A DNA stretch of 63,251 bases, the filler included, from Octopus bimaculoides (Eukaryota): NCBI RefSeq assembly GCF_001194135.2. It is 7 parts of 6 records of this genome, joined end to end, with 100 filler letters (N's around TTAATTAATTAA, not from the genome) between each part and the next. Parts side by side here need not be neighbours in the genome. Positions count along the whole stretch, not along the records: positions 35,419 to 58,902 come from NC_068983.1; 6 more parts are not named here. One strand, 5' to 3'. Within the stretch, counting starts at the first letter, position 1. Every line of letters starts with the position of its first letter. The position numbers and the translations under genes were made by a program. Positions 37,391-51,413 of this stretch are shown here, one piece after another. Under the pieces are notes generated by a model. The model was not told the DNA's origin. It saw only the letters and a program-made list of their open reading frames with translations, and searched no databases.

Positions 37391-38688
37391 TATATATATA
37401 GGACACATTAATATAATTTTTTGCAAATATGGAATTAATGCGATAGTGTAGTCTATTCTTAGCTACAGTAGCGACAACATGAATTTCTTCCATCTTCTTG
37501 CTCTGTTAAAATATTTGAGAAAAAATATATTAATGTGTCCTACTGGTTAAAATTTTATTTATTTATTTGTGCATCTGAAAATGGCGCAGCATTTAAGTTC
37601 ATGTAATGATTGCATTGTTCAATTGAATGGGATTGCTTGAAACGGTCGTACTGCATCACTACTCGATATCTTGCTGCCTATTTTCATTTTATTCACTTTA
37701 CTTCGAGCTGTGCAGATAATACCGGACTAAATTGATGCTTCAACCTAAGTACCTAATTTAACTGAATTTCAATTATTTCATGTATATATANNNNNNNNNN
37801 NNNNNNNNNNNNNNNNNNNNNNNNNNNNNNNNNNNNNNNNNNNNNNNNNNNNNNNNNNNNNNNNNNNNNNNNNNNNNNNNNNNNNNNNNNNNNNNNNNNN
37901 NNNNNNNNNNNNNNNNNNNNNNNNNNNNNNNNNNNNNNNNNNNNNNNNNNNNNNNNNNNNNNNNNNNNNNNNNNNNNNNNNNNNNNNNNNNNNNNNNNNN
38001 NNNNNNNNNNNNNNNNNNNNNNNNNNNNNNNNNNNNNNNNNNNNNNNNNNNNNNNNNNNNNNNNNNNNNNNNNNNNNNNNTATATATATATTCATGTGAA
38101 TTTAGAGGAATATATTATCCAGGCTGATACCGTGGTGGCACTCAGTTATGTTCTTGGTTACGGCTAACTGCATGGATTAGTATTTAACGTCTATGACTAC
38201 AATGAGTTGTCACTGACGCTGTTAACTCCTCCGATGGGTAATTCTGTATTCAGTTCTCTGGATGGTAATATTATCTGGAATGTATATTAGCAATAATTAT
38301 AACGATAGAGATTATGGAGACTTCTTCATCATCAAAATTTATTCCCTTTTATTTTGCAAATTCATACAGTATATTTTTATGGTTATTACAACCTACACGT
38401 GTTTCCATAGTACAGATTATGGACAGTTGCGTATGCAAGCGGGCATAATTTTCTGTACAGTGGAAACATATGTTGGTCGTAATGACCATGAAAATATGCT
38501 GTATGAAATTGTAAAATTAAAGGAAATAAATATTGAGTATGAACAATCTCCTTATTCTATATCGTTATAATTATGTATGAATATAATCCACATGACGCAA
38601 TAATTCTACTGCTGATAACAAAAAAGAATTGTTCCGATCCTGTACAACACACTAGAGCAAATAAACCAAACAAATATAGGAAACATAT

Positions 38689-38748
<60 letters not shown>

Positions 38749-39089
38749 NNNNNNNNNNNNNNNNNNNNNNNNNNNNNNNNNNNNNNNNNNNNNNNNNNNN
38801 NNNNNNNNNNNNNNNNNNNNNNNNNNNNNNNNNNNNNNNNNNNNNNNNNNNNNNNNNNNNNNNNNNNNNNNNNNNNNNNNNNNNNNNNNNNNNNNNNNNN
38901 NNNNNNNNNNNNNNNNNNNNNNNNNNNNNNNNNNNNNNNNNNNNNNNNNNNNNNNNNNNNNNNNNNNNNNNNNNNNNNNNNNNNNNNNNNNNNNNNNNNN
39001 NNNNNNNNNNNNNNNNNNNNNNNNNNNNNNNNNNNNNNNNNNNNNNNNNNNNNNNNNNNNNTATATATATATATATATATATATATATG

Positions 39090-39300
39090 CATATGTTTGT
39101 GTGTCTGTATTTGTCCTCCCACCATCGCTTGACAACTGATGTTAGTGTGTTTACGTCCCCGTAAATTAGCGGATCGGCATAAGAGACCGACAGAATAAGT
39201 ACTAGGCTTACAAAGAATAAGTTCTGGGATCAATTTGTTCGACTAAAGGCGGTGCTCCAGCATGATTGCAGTCAAATGACTGAAACAAATAAAAGAATAT
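39090..39300 (+). mobile_element. SINE family A, 3' half
   Basis: ccatcgcttgacaac...ttagcggatcggc...ggcggtgctccagcatg. Confidence 0.85.
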
Positions 39301-39329
39301 ATATATATATACATGTATATTCCTGCTCT

Positions 39330-40860
39330 TATCCACTCCCTTCCCCTTCACCTACCATCTCTCTACTCTACTCGTCGAACATGTCATTCAGTGTGCTTTC
39401 CACCTACTCCAATATAACCCCTCCACCTCCAACATCTTCCTCAACCCACCCCCTCTGTCAAACACCCCCATCACCTATATGACATTCTGATTTGTAGCTT
39501 CTGCCCCACTCCTGACATCCAACCTAGTTTCTTCCCTTACTGCTTCTAGCTTCTTCCCTACGTCTCCAACACTACTGTCGTTACCGTCAACCACATCACC
39601 GATTCATGGCAATTTTTATCTACTGCATGCCCTGCTTCCTCTGACATTCCCTATACCTTGGTCAAGCTGATCGGTTTGCCGAGCATCTGCGGGGGATCGG
39701 ACTCATCAATGACACTTGTTCTCACACCATCTCCGCTCGACTGATCATTTCCTGCAACATCTATGCTCGGACTGGCCTTTCACATTTGGCCATCCGGACT
39801 GCCGCCTTCTTCGAGAAAAGGAACTTATTGTCTTTCTCCCTTCCTCAGTCCCTAACGATCTCTGTTCTTCACTTCCCTACATCTAAATACCTCCACACAT
39901 ATTTCACACACCATACACCTTCCACATTCCACTGCACCACTCCCTCCTTCTCACCTTCACACACCTGGGTAATGAATATAACGGTATAGATACTGTTACG
40001 TTCATTACCCACACCACTCACCGTTATACCTCTGCATCATATACATTCACCTACACACACGCACACACACTCCTTCCCACTATACATACACTGCCACTTC
40101 CTTCCCCAATAGCCGCGCACCCACACCATGTCGACAACATACATACGTGCAAATAGAATATACTCACACACATCAATTTCATACATCCACACTTTATCCA
40201 ACAGCCTCATACATGCACGTATTAGCTGCTACACACATCCAGACATACACGCACATCTGATAGCCTCACACACACACGTCAGACAGCCTCACATACTCAC
40301 ACACATATACACGCGTCCACACACATCCACACATATATACACACAGAGTACGTACACGCACATCTTGTTATGCAGGCGCACGTACGTGTTCACACACACA
40401 CGCACACACAATTACAATTGCATATACACTCGCGATTCCAAAGATAGACACACACACACACATAATCTTCTTACTTACACCCGTGTTTACCCATGCACAC
40501 CTACACATGCAGTTGCCCATACACTCATACATATGCACGCATCATCTTCACATACACTTTCTTGCGTACATACACTTTAGCCATGTCTCTGTTGTCTCCT
40601 TGGCCACCTTTATCTCTAACCACTTCCTTCCGGTCATATGTAGCTGTTAATCCAGACGCGTTTCTTTTTCTCTCCTTTTCTTTTCTCTCTCTCTATCACT
40701 CCATCTATTTTCTCTCTTCATTCCTTTCTGTAGAAGAGCGTAGGCGCGAAACGTTAAAGACTTCTTCCATTTTTCCTGAACGTCAAACTGATACACCCTC
40801 TTTGCTGTTGCCTCACCCGTCTCTGTTTTGTTACTTTTTATTTAGCTTAATAATGAACCG
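39330..40860 (+). mobile_element. Decayed Penelope-like element: GIY-YIG, CA-rich tail and hammerhead
   Basis: One frame at 39609-39700 reads IFIYCMPCFL*HSLYLGQADRFAEHLRGI; hammerhead at 40724. Confidence 0.7.
40724..40759 (+). ncRNA. Minimal type I hammerhead ribozyme, decayed
   Basis: CTTT-CTGTAGA-a-GAGC gtag GCGC-GAAA-CGT-T-AAAG; palindromic ACGT stem III. Confidence 0.55.
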
Positions 40861-41962
40861 TATACTTATATATACATACATACACGCACATAGTTTAAAC
40901 ACATACTTTAAAATGATGTGTAACATCTCATTTGAGAATCTCTCGACTCAATCCCCTAATTATCGTATATAGTTCAATGAAAATAAATCATTTCGTAGAA
41001 AATAAAATAAAATTGTATAGAATTATAAAATATAAGTACACACAAAGAATAAATATATTCAAATACTTTATTTTACTTATACCATACTCTTGATCAAACA
41101 AAATCGTTTGTATTTTGTGTGAATTTTCTCGTCAATTCTGCTAAATTCATTTCAGTTTTACATTAAATATATTTAATTTTCTGTTTATTTTTCTGATGTT
41201 GCGTTTATTCAAGCATATATTTGACGAAGGAGAAGTGGATTCTTTTTAGTGATAATCATATTTATTAGATTACAAACGAAGCATAATAGAGAATTTAGTA
41301 ACTGATACATTTATTTTAATTTGATGGAAATAAATCACCTTCAATTATTGATAAGGAAATAACACTTACACCCGTCTGAAACTGTAGACTTAAAGCAATA
41401 TTTCGGTTTAAATGAATTAAAGCGAATTATTAAGAATATACACAGTTGATTTTTTTTCATCTTCTTATTCAGCATATTTATTTATTAGTTTTTGGTTTTC
41501 TAACAAACAAAAAGTTGATTGATAATTCAGTTAAAACTAATCTAACAGAATGAATAGATATCTTTAATCTTGACTCTTCAGCTTGACTCGAAGAGAGTGG
41601 GATGTGGGAGAAGTCGGAGAATAAGTTGGAAAGAAAAAAGAACAATAGCAAAAAAAAAAAAAAAGGAAAATCCTTTGACATTGGCAAATTAAATCATTTG
41701 TTTAAACTGTGTGTATAACAACAAGATTAGTTTTATTAAGCTGTCAAAAATGAATTAAACGTACTTGCCTTTGAAATATGCTCTTTTCCGTGTAATCTTA
41801 CGAAACTACATATGTGTGTTTGCGCGCGCGTGTGTGTATCTGCATAGGTATGTATCTATCCATATATATATATATATATATANNNNNNNNNNNNNNNNNN
41901 NNNNNNNNNNNNNNNNNNNNNNNNNNNNNNNNNNNNNNNNNNNNNNNNNNNNNNNNNNNNNN

Positions 41963-42004
<42 letters not shown>

Positions 42005-42097
42005 GTAATGTTAAACATTCTTGCCCTGAAATTAAGAGGATTTTCAAACTGTTCCAAAACTAATCAATAATCCCAATTGATTCTCCTTCTTATTTTC

Positions 42098-42327
42098 ATC
42101 ATCATCATCATCATCATCTTCTTCTTCTTCTTCTTCTTTTTCTTCTTCTTCTTCTTCTTCTTCTTCTTCTTCTTCTTCTTCTTCTTCTTCTTCTTCTTCT
42201 TCTTTTTCTTCTTCTTCTTCTCCTTGTTCTTCAAATAATCTCCAGTTTAAATTAATCACAAACACCTCAATAAAAATAGAAATAAACTGCACAGTGTGTT
42301 TTAAAAACACCTACAACACCTACTTCT

Positions 42328-42363
<36 letters not shown>

Positions 42364-42390
42364 GCAACAACGACTACGACAACGACGACT
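42098..42390. repeat. (CAT)/(TTC)n and (CAA)n microsatellites
   Basis: Direct reading. Confidence 0.95.
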
Positions 42391-44040
42391 GCTACAGTTA
42401 TTTATTTACAGTGTCTCCTTATGGCTGTTACATAACAAATAGTTAATTTGATTTGCAATGTGAGCAGAGTTGTGTTAATACCCTAACTAATCTAGGGACT
42501 TGGAAGTAGCGAGGCGGGCGTATAGGGGAAATAGTTCGCTAATAATTTAGATTATATCTCCAAGCTTAGTTTTAGAACAAGGAATCTAAAATGTATTTCA
42601 TGGAAGTCATTGAATGCTGCATGATGTGAGTGAGCCATTATTTACTGCTAGTTCGGAATAAGCAGTGTAAGCTAGCAAGAAACATTCTTCTTCTTTCCAG
42701 TTACCCCACTGTCACCGTCAGACTCATACATCAAATTAAGAAAGAACAGACATTTCTCTTCTCGCCATCATCGGAACTTTGACAAGTCCAGCGAAGCAGC
42801 TACGAGGCGGCGGCTGCTGCTGCTGTTGTTGTTGCTTGCTGTCCGTTAGAAAAGGAGATGTTAAGGGAGGTATGAGAGAGGGGCTAAAGTGGATGGAGGA
42901 GGATTGCTGAACAAACAGATGCGTCTGCCCACTGCCCAGTGCTGCATGATCCCATAGGACAAAGTAATTATTGACATCTGACTCTCTCACTCGCTTAATT
43001 TCATGTCAACATAAAAGTTGTCGAAAACATAATCCCTAATTATTCTTGCTAACAATCACTGGCGCAAGCCGGCCACAAACACGATATTACTTTAGCCACA
43101 TACACTACAATAGGCCGTAAGACACTAAATGTACATTAACGTGATTGACCAGCTTTGCACTTTATTGCCTGCAAATCCAAGCTAGAGATGAATGCTTAAC
43201 AAATCGCTCTATTAGATGCGGATCTAGAGAAAGAGAAGCAAAACAGCTCACCCGCTCGGTCTGTGCGCTGATAAAACAAGCCGACGATAAATAAATCAGC
43301 CGAATGGTAGGATATGGCAGTCTAAATAAGCCATTATAATTCAACAAATGGTTTGAAGAAGTGTAGGAAATGAACGGGAATCCATTGGACGATTCTGTTT
43401 ATATCTCCACAAATCATGATTTCAAAAATAAAGAAAATAATTTTACAATAATAATAATACATAAATGAACCAAACAAAACAAAAAGTGAAAAGGAACTAT
43501 CAATGACTGGATTATGAACATATTTCATCTGGCAACCTATTCAAATAGAGTTTAAACAATGTTTCAGTCTCCTCTATAAAGGTTTCTTCTTGCCTTCTTT
43601 AATGAACTAAGTGCAGGAAATCTTTTCAACTCTCACTTCCTACAAGCATTTTGAAAGCTATCATTCTTCTTATTAACTCAGTATCTCTCGCTGTTTGATT
43701 TCTTTGCTTGTTGCTCTGAACTATTGAGAAAGTTCACTCACCTAAATAAAGATCATTTATTATGGTGCAATATTTTCTAATTAATGCTGGATGATGATGA
43801 AAGAACATTTTACTTTCTTTCTTTTCTATTTTTTTTTTCGGTTATGGAACTCGAAAGAAAGAAAATAACTCAAATAAAATTACAACATAATAAAATAAAA
43901 TAAAATATAGTAAATTTTAAACACAAAATTAAATTAATTTGAAATTGTATTTTTCAACGCGAAGCTTGGATTTCGTTCCGTTTTAATAGTATTCGAAACA
44001 TTAACTACTGAAAGAAAGAAAGAAAGAAAGAAAGAAAGAA

Positions 44041-44088
<48 letters not shown>

Positions 44089-45547
44089 TAAGAAAGGACT
44101 AAGAAAGAAATATATTAAGAGAGAAAGAAAGTAAGAAAGTAGAGAAAGCATAATAAATGGATGTTTCTATACTGTATTTTGAATTTACTGGACCCTTTAA
44201 GAAGAGAATATTATCTCAGTATTGTCGAGATAATTTCGATTTAGGCAAAGCTGTAAATATTATAGTTAATCGATGTCGGCTAGATATACACAGTCTGTGG
44301 ACATTGGCTTAATAGATACTACCTGTTGATATTGGGAAATAATGGCAAGATAGTCTATAGACCTGCAGATAAAACTATACGGTGTAGATGTTGATTAAAT
44401 TATGCCATAGTCCCACGATGGAAATCATTGACTGTTAATTGTCTATTAAATAAGCAATGTCTATATAAATTATCAGCTAGATAAGAACAATGTGTAGATA
44501 CTAAGATTGTTTTAAGTCAGTAAAAGGAGCCTCCAGAGTGGTTGTTTGATATGCAAGAAATAACAAATATTCCTCAAATCACGCACACACTTCTCTTTTA
44601 AAAGAATAGACACGTTAGATGTTTTACTAAATGTGTCGTGTCTCAAAAGAAAAGAAAGGAAGAAAGAAAGAAAAAAAGAAGCAAAGTCATTCGAACAGTG
44701 ATGGTCACTGTTCGTATGACTTTTAATCGTCTTTAAAATAAAGAGACATATTGGATAGAAAGACAACGTGAGAGGGGAAGAGAAAAGGGGAGAGAAGCAC
44801 TGCATGAATGTAAGCTTGTAAGTATTGTTAGATTTTAGTAAAGGCTTCAAACCTTCTCAGTTGGCCAACTATGGAACCTCACCGTGTTGAGTTAACCTGC
44901 TAGCAACAGCAGCTTCTGTCTTAAATGAGAAAGTATAAATTCGATAAAATATTCAAGATGTATTAAGAAAAAAACAAACAAAAAAAAGACTGGGTGGTCA
45001 TAGACGACTCCCGTCTTTTTTATTTATTGTTTTTTTGTTATTGTTGACCGGACTCATTGAAATCAAGCCTCAATTATTATAGCTCGCTCAATACATTATG
45101 TTGAGCTCTTGAACCAGAGACATTGATAGTAATTATCAGTAAAATTGCTTCTTGATATTAAACAAAACTTAAAAACAAATTGTTGTTATTATTTTCATTG
45201 ACCTCAGTGGGATTGAGCCAAGAACACAAAGAACGGCAACAGTAAAAGTAGTATCATTTTTAAAATGTCACAAAAATAAAGTGCTAGATAAACTGTATGG
45301 TTGATTTAATTGACTAGGAACTCTCACCAAATTTGTGGGCCTATAACTATTCTAGCAATCAAGGGTGATGAACTGGTAGATACTTCCACGGATTTGTCCC
45401 AGGTCATTACATTTTAATTTCAAATACTACTCCAGCTAACTTTATCTTGCATCTCCTCTGGGATCGATTAAGTAAAGCACCAGTCAATTAGTGTGGTCAA
45501 TGTAATCAAATAACTCCACTACCTTCAGAGTTGCTGGTCTTGTGCCT

Positions 45548-45760
45548 GGCAGAAACGTTAGCAAGCCGGGCGAAATGCTTCGCGGTATTTCATCTGCTGT
45601 TACGTTCTGAGTTCAAATTCCGCCGAGGTCGACTTTGACTTTCATCCTTTCGGGGTCGATTAGATAAGTACCAATTACGCACTGGGGTCGATGTAATCGA
45701 CTTAATCCCCATGTTTGTACCCTCTATGTTTAGCCCCTTGTGGGCAATAAAGAAATAATT
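45548..45760 (+). mobile_element. SINE family C (possibly MetaSINE-type central domain), young copy
   Basis: ggcagaaacgttagc...gagttcaaattccgccgaggtcgactttgactttcatcctttcggggtcgat...gtacca. Older copies lie near 2310, 15145, 25020, 46813, 47890, 50480 (-) and 61383. The superfamily name is from memory. Confidence 0.85.
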
Positions 45761-46109
45761 ATTATTTTACATTATTATTATTGTTGTTGTTGTTGTTTTC
45801 TAGCTGTTTTCATCCCTCATGCATCATAAAGCACCCGCCCGCCAGTTAAGCAGCAGATTTAATTAACTAGTCCTTCCCACTAAATTTTGTGAATACTTTA
45901 GAAATTAGGGGAAATGGAGTGGTAGAATTTTTAAAGTGTTCGGTGTTCAAATCCTGCCGAGTTTGGTATTGGATTTAAACTTGCAGGGATCAATAAAAGA
46001 CATCTCAGTGAAGTTCTTATACTATAAGCCCGACAAACAGCTAACTTTGTTGTCAAACGCTATAAGAAGTTCCCGGATTAGTTCTGTAGCGCACCAACAG
46101 ATGACAGCA

Positions 46110-46330
46110 CACAGTTGCGTTCACAGTGAGAGCTAGTTGTGACATTCATGAGGCAGTGTGACAAGAGACATCGCTGTGTTTACTTCACAAGTTGTAAAAT
46201 TTGTGTTTTGGTGTAGTTTGCGATTTTGTCATGGACAAGAACAAAGTGTCGACGTGAAATTTTGCGTTAAACTTGGGAAGTCTGCTACAGAGAGATTTTT
46301 TGAACCAGTTGAAGACATGCGAGATGTCGA
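46110..46330 (+). mobile_element. Mariner 5' end and transposase N-terminus
   Basis: EQSVDVKFCVKLGKSATE matches the mariner EQRxxIKFCVKLGKSATET motif. Confidence 0.75.
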
Positions 46331-46427
46331 AATATTGTTCACTAGATAAATGGCATTCTTCTTTTAATTTTGACTCTATATCTTCAGGAGGAGTTACCTC
46401 AATCCTGTCTGTATTATTATTATTATT

Positions 46428-46540
46428 ATGTGAGAGAGCAGTGCATGCCATCAAAGTGACACTGGGGTAAAATATACTAAGCCCAGTATACCCATCGTGA
46501 CTACCTGTCTGATAAGAGTACACCAGGCACATGCATCACT
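46428..46540 (-). mobile_element. Family D repeat, 3' fragment
   Basis: Near-identical to 6280-6390. Confidence 0.8.
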
Positions 46541-46813
<273 letters not shown>

Positions 46814-47091
46814 AGGTGATGAACTGGCAGAAACGTTAGCACGCCGGTCAAAATTCTTTGCAGCATTTCATCCGTCCTTACGTTCTAACTTCAAATTCTG
46901 ACGACGTTGGCTTTGTCTTTCATTCTTTTGGGGTCGTTGAAATGAAGACCAGCTCCGTACCAGGATCGATGTTAATATCTACTCCCCTCCCACAATTCTC
47001 TCTACTATTGGCCTTCTCCCAATAGTAGAAAGAATCATTATTATTATCATTATAATTATAATTATTATTATTATTATTATTATTATTATTG

Positions 47092-47785
47092 TTCAGTAGT
47101 TTTATTTTTATAACGTGCTTTCACTTCACTACCGAGCGCAGCTCTGTGCGCCTTGGGTATGTGCTGTGGTTTGCTGTGGTGCTCTTATGTTTACTGTATT
47201 GAAAGTGTTTTGCGTAGGATGTGTGCAGTACCCAGTAGTGCAATTTTCTGTATGTTATATATATTTGTAAGTCCTGGTGTTTTTGTTATGTATTTGTCTG
47301 AATATTTTTTTATTATACCTAAGGCACCTACTATGATAGGAATTGTTTCTGTTTTTAGACTCCACATTCGAGTTATCTCTATTTCCAAGTCTTTGTATTT
47401 TGAAAGTNNNNNNNNNNNNNNNNNNNNNNNNNNNNNNNNNNNNNNNNNNNNNNNNNNNNNNNNNNNNNNNNNNNNNNNNNNNNTATATCTGGTCTGTTTG
47501 CCTTAATTTCTCTATCTGTGTGTATTGGCATATCCCAGAGTATGGTTGCTTTCTCGTTTTCTGTGACCTTTCTGGCGTGTGTTTATACCATCTTTTTTCT
47601 GTTGTTATTCCATAGTGTTGGCATAGCTTCCAGTGTATATAGGTCCCAGCTCTGTCGTGTCTGTGAATATATTCCTTCTTAGCCAGGACTGGGCAGCCAG
47701 AGATAATATGATTTCTTGTTTCTTGTCCATCTCCACATATTCTACAGTTACTTGTTATATTTCTTTTCATTATGTGTTTTTGGTA

Positions 47786-47787
<2 letters not shown>
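47092..47787 (-). mobile_element. R4/Dong-clade non-LTR retrotransposon 3' end (CCHC plus restriction-like endonuclease)
   Basis: CRICGDGQETRNHIISGC, YIHRHD, ILWDMPIHTDREIKANRPD, KYKDLEIEITRMW, IPIIVGALG and LLGTAHILRK; flanked by (TAA)n on both sides. Confidence 0.88.
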
Positions 47788-47858
<71 letters not shown>

Positions 47859-50800
47859 TTAGTTAGTTATTTTGAAAACTAAGGTTGTTATTTGATAGAA
47901 GTGGTAAAAGGTAAAGTAATACTCCGCTCGGTATTTAGAAATTCCCCTTTCCAGTTCTGAGTTCAAATCCCTCCCGGATCAGTTTTGGTTTCATGCATCC
48001 CGAGTCAATAAATTAAGTGTCCGTCAATAAATTTTTTTTACCTCACTCCACCACCTTTATGGTCTACTGAGAATGCTAAAATAAATTGCCATTATGTTTG
48101 TTGGGAGACACTAGCTGAACTTGCTTCCCAGCATTACTTCAAGGTCACAGAGTTAAAGACAAGGAAATCTGCAATTCTATGGTGTTCACGCCATTTCTAA
48201 TAGCATTAAAAGAATAAGTGAAATGAAATGGTTTCAACCAGAAATCAAAACCGTTCACTAGAAGTTTTCCCCGTGCCTGCCTCAGCAGTATGAAGTACCA
48301 GTATCAAACATTAACCTCAATCAACCTTATTTATTAGTCTTCTCTCCCTTCATTGTCTCTGAGTATTTATCTTCCCATCTGGATCACTGGAAACTTCAAA
48401 TTCAAGTTCTTCTCAAGCAATGTTATATATTAAAAAAATTAATCTCCAAAGTTGTCGTCTTGTGTTGTAATCTCTTTAAATCTTTTAATCTTTCTGAATT
48501 TTTATCCATTTCGTTCCCAAACTCAGACCATAAGCATACGTATTTAACTCACTCCACTGCAATTGAAGAAATAAATTGGGACAGATGGAAGCAGAGAACG
48601 GTAAAATACTAAAGAAATTCAAAGATAGTGGAAAGAAATCTTTAAAGAAAATACTGAGCAAAAGAAGAAGGAAAAGAAGGAAACAGGTAGTAAAAGAAAA
48701 ATAATACTGTGAACTTTAAATTCATTTCAATGAGTTTATAGAAAATCTTTTCTTCAGTTAAAGTGATATTTTTTTACATTTTTTTTATCATTCCTGCGTT
48801 GTAGTTTTATTTATTAATTTTTCTTATTTCGAATATTATTTTTCATTTTTTTTTTTCTTTTAGTTATTCACATCTCGCCATTAGCTTTGAATATTGTTTC
48901 TTTCTCAAGTGGTCTTAGATTCTTCAGAGGACTTGATCTTGAAAGAGCTGTAATGTTCTTTAAGAAGAAATTGTGAAGCTGGTATGAGGATCTAAGAAAC
49001 TGTGTTCGCGATTAAGGAGAAGACAGTTAAACAATTGTGGGCATCTAGGAAAAAAAATAGACAGGAAGTTTACAATGAGCAGTGTTACCTTGGAAACAAA
49101 AGAAGAGACTACAAATCGAGATGTAAGCATTGAGAATTTAAATTTAAAGCAATGTTGTTGAAATGAGATGAGTTTTCAAGAAATTTTCATGCGTTAACAA
49201 CGATTTTCGAGTAGCCATATTAGTAATTTAGCTATCTGAGAAAAATCAGAATGAATGAACAATAAAAAAAAGAAAAAAGAAAAGAAAAAGGAAAGAGAGA
49301 TCGTATTTAATTTTAGTTATCTGTGATAGTTTTTGCTGATATCGTTAAAACCAACTTTGTGGAATACCCTTAGTTCCTTTTAGCCTCATGAGTCACTTTT
49401 TCTTAACAAGTTGAGTTTGAAAGTGCTTCTTTGCGTCTACTATTTTGTTGGAACAAGACAACGCCAACTTCGTGAAAACAGAACATAGAGATGAGAGCTA
49501 TTGAGCAATATATTCTCCATATGTATATTCACCTCATCTTCTATAGAAAATTCTAAGCAAGCTTTTTTATATTACTTTGTCTATAATAATTGTAAAATGC
49601 ATGCTTAGAATACAATAATACAATAATAATTTTCCAAAATATTGATTAGGTCAGGCCTCTACAGTAAATTGACAGAATGAAAAATAACGTCATTTTCATT
49701 GAAATAATTATAAGAATTATTTGTGATATTTAAAAAAAATATTCTCATCTATACTTTGTTTCGAACAATTTAATACATAGCCAAGTATTTTATTTCCCTG
49801 CGTGTATAATCTTACTGTTCAGGATTCTAGCTGGGACAATTTACTTATAAACTAAGGGTACATGCGTTAATGGAATAATGGATAAGAGTTTTTGTGACAG
49901 TTTAGAAATAATGGTTTCTAGTACGACATCCAGACTGGTACTATGTTAGTATCGAGGAATAAAACACTCGATGTTCGAAGATCAAACTAATCAAAACACT
50001 TGTATTTTAACATTGTTCTTATCTATTGATGAACTTAATAGCTTGATGAAATATAATTTTATTAATAGTAAATCAGTTCAGACATTTACGAATACAATTA
50101 ATGATTTTCATTGATCGGTTTCTAAACGTGTAAAACTTCAACGGTACTTTCATAGAATATTGAAGGCACTTGTTAATTTCACAAGACCATCACTCTGTGA
50201 ATGGAAAGTTTTACTTCGGTCTTGTTGGAAGAGCAAGGCCTATTGTGACTGTAGAAAATAAAATGTGACAGCCTCAGCTACAGTGACTTCATTTAAAGGT
50301 GCTATCTGCCAGTCTTGCTTTTTTTCGTCTAATTTCCTTTACTTTTTCAGCAATCCTCAGCCTCTCCCCTCATTTTTATAAACCCGTTTGTTTCCAGTTT
50401 GCAATCAACGGCAATGTCCTCCGACCATTTGATATTTGTGTAATGAGACTTTATATCTTTCTTGCGGAAAGGGATGAGTAAGTCAATTGCATTGACACCA
50501 GTATTCAACTGTTACTTATTTTATCGACCCCTGAAAGAGATGACATCAAGGTCTGCCTCGGCGTCATTTGAACTCAGGACGTGAAGACGGATGAAATGCC
50601 TCTAAGCAATTTTGTTCGACATGCTAACGAGATTCTGCTAGCTCGCCGCCATCATCACTCTGTTTTATATTAAACAGGAACGGATGAAATGAACGTCACT
50701 AACTTTAATAGTAGCTCACTTTGCATATTGTGAAAGCAAGAAAGATCGTAAGTTTTTTTTTATGCACTTGGCGATAATTGAAACTTCAAGTGAGGACATT

Positions 50801-50872
50801 GAGGAAGTTAAGAGGGGTATGGTTAATATGGTAATAAGTAATATTTGAGTAAAATTAATATACATGAGAGAC

Positions 50873-50912
<40 letters not shown>

Positions 50913-51101
50913 TATATATATATATATATNNNNNNNNNNNNNNNNNNNNNNNNNNNNNNNNNNNNNNNNNNNNNNNNNNNNNNNNNNNNNNNNNNNNNNN
51001 NNNNNNNNNNNNNNNNNNNNNNNNNNNNNNNNNNNNNNNNNNNNNNNNNNNNNNNNNNNNNNNNNNNNNNNNNNNNNNNNNNNNNNNNNNNNNNNNNNNN
51101 N

Positions 51102-51139
<38 letters not shown>

Positions 51140-51368
51140 GTGTTATATGCATCACTATCAATCTACGTATATATATACTTATGCATACTTGTATGCATGT
51201 GTGTGTGCATATATATAACTGTATAACACACATACGGGTGCATGTATACATATATATATATAAAGAAATACATGCAATCGCAAGCATATACATGCTCACA
51301 AAACACATATCTTCACTCACTTTCTCTCTCTCACGCATACACACATAGACATACACGCACACATACAC

Positions 51369-51413
<45 letters not shown>

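Noticed and set aside
43224-43251. Minus-strand GTGAGC...TTTCTCTAG mini-intron
   Set aside because: 28 nt is below plausible metazoan intron size.
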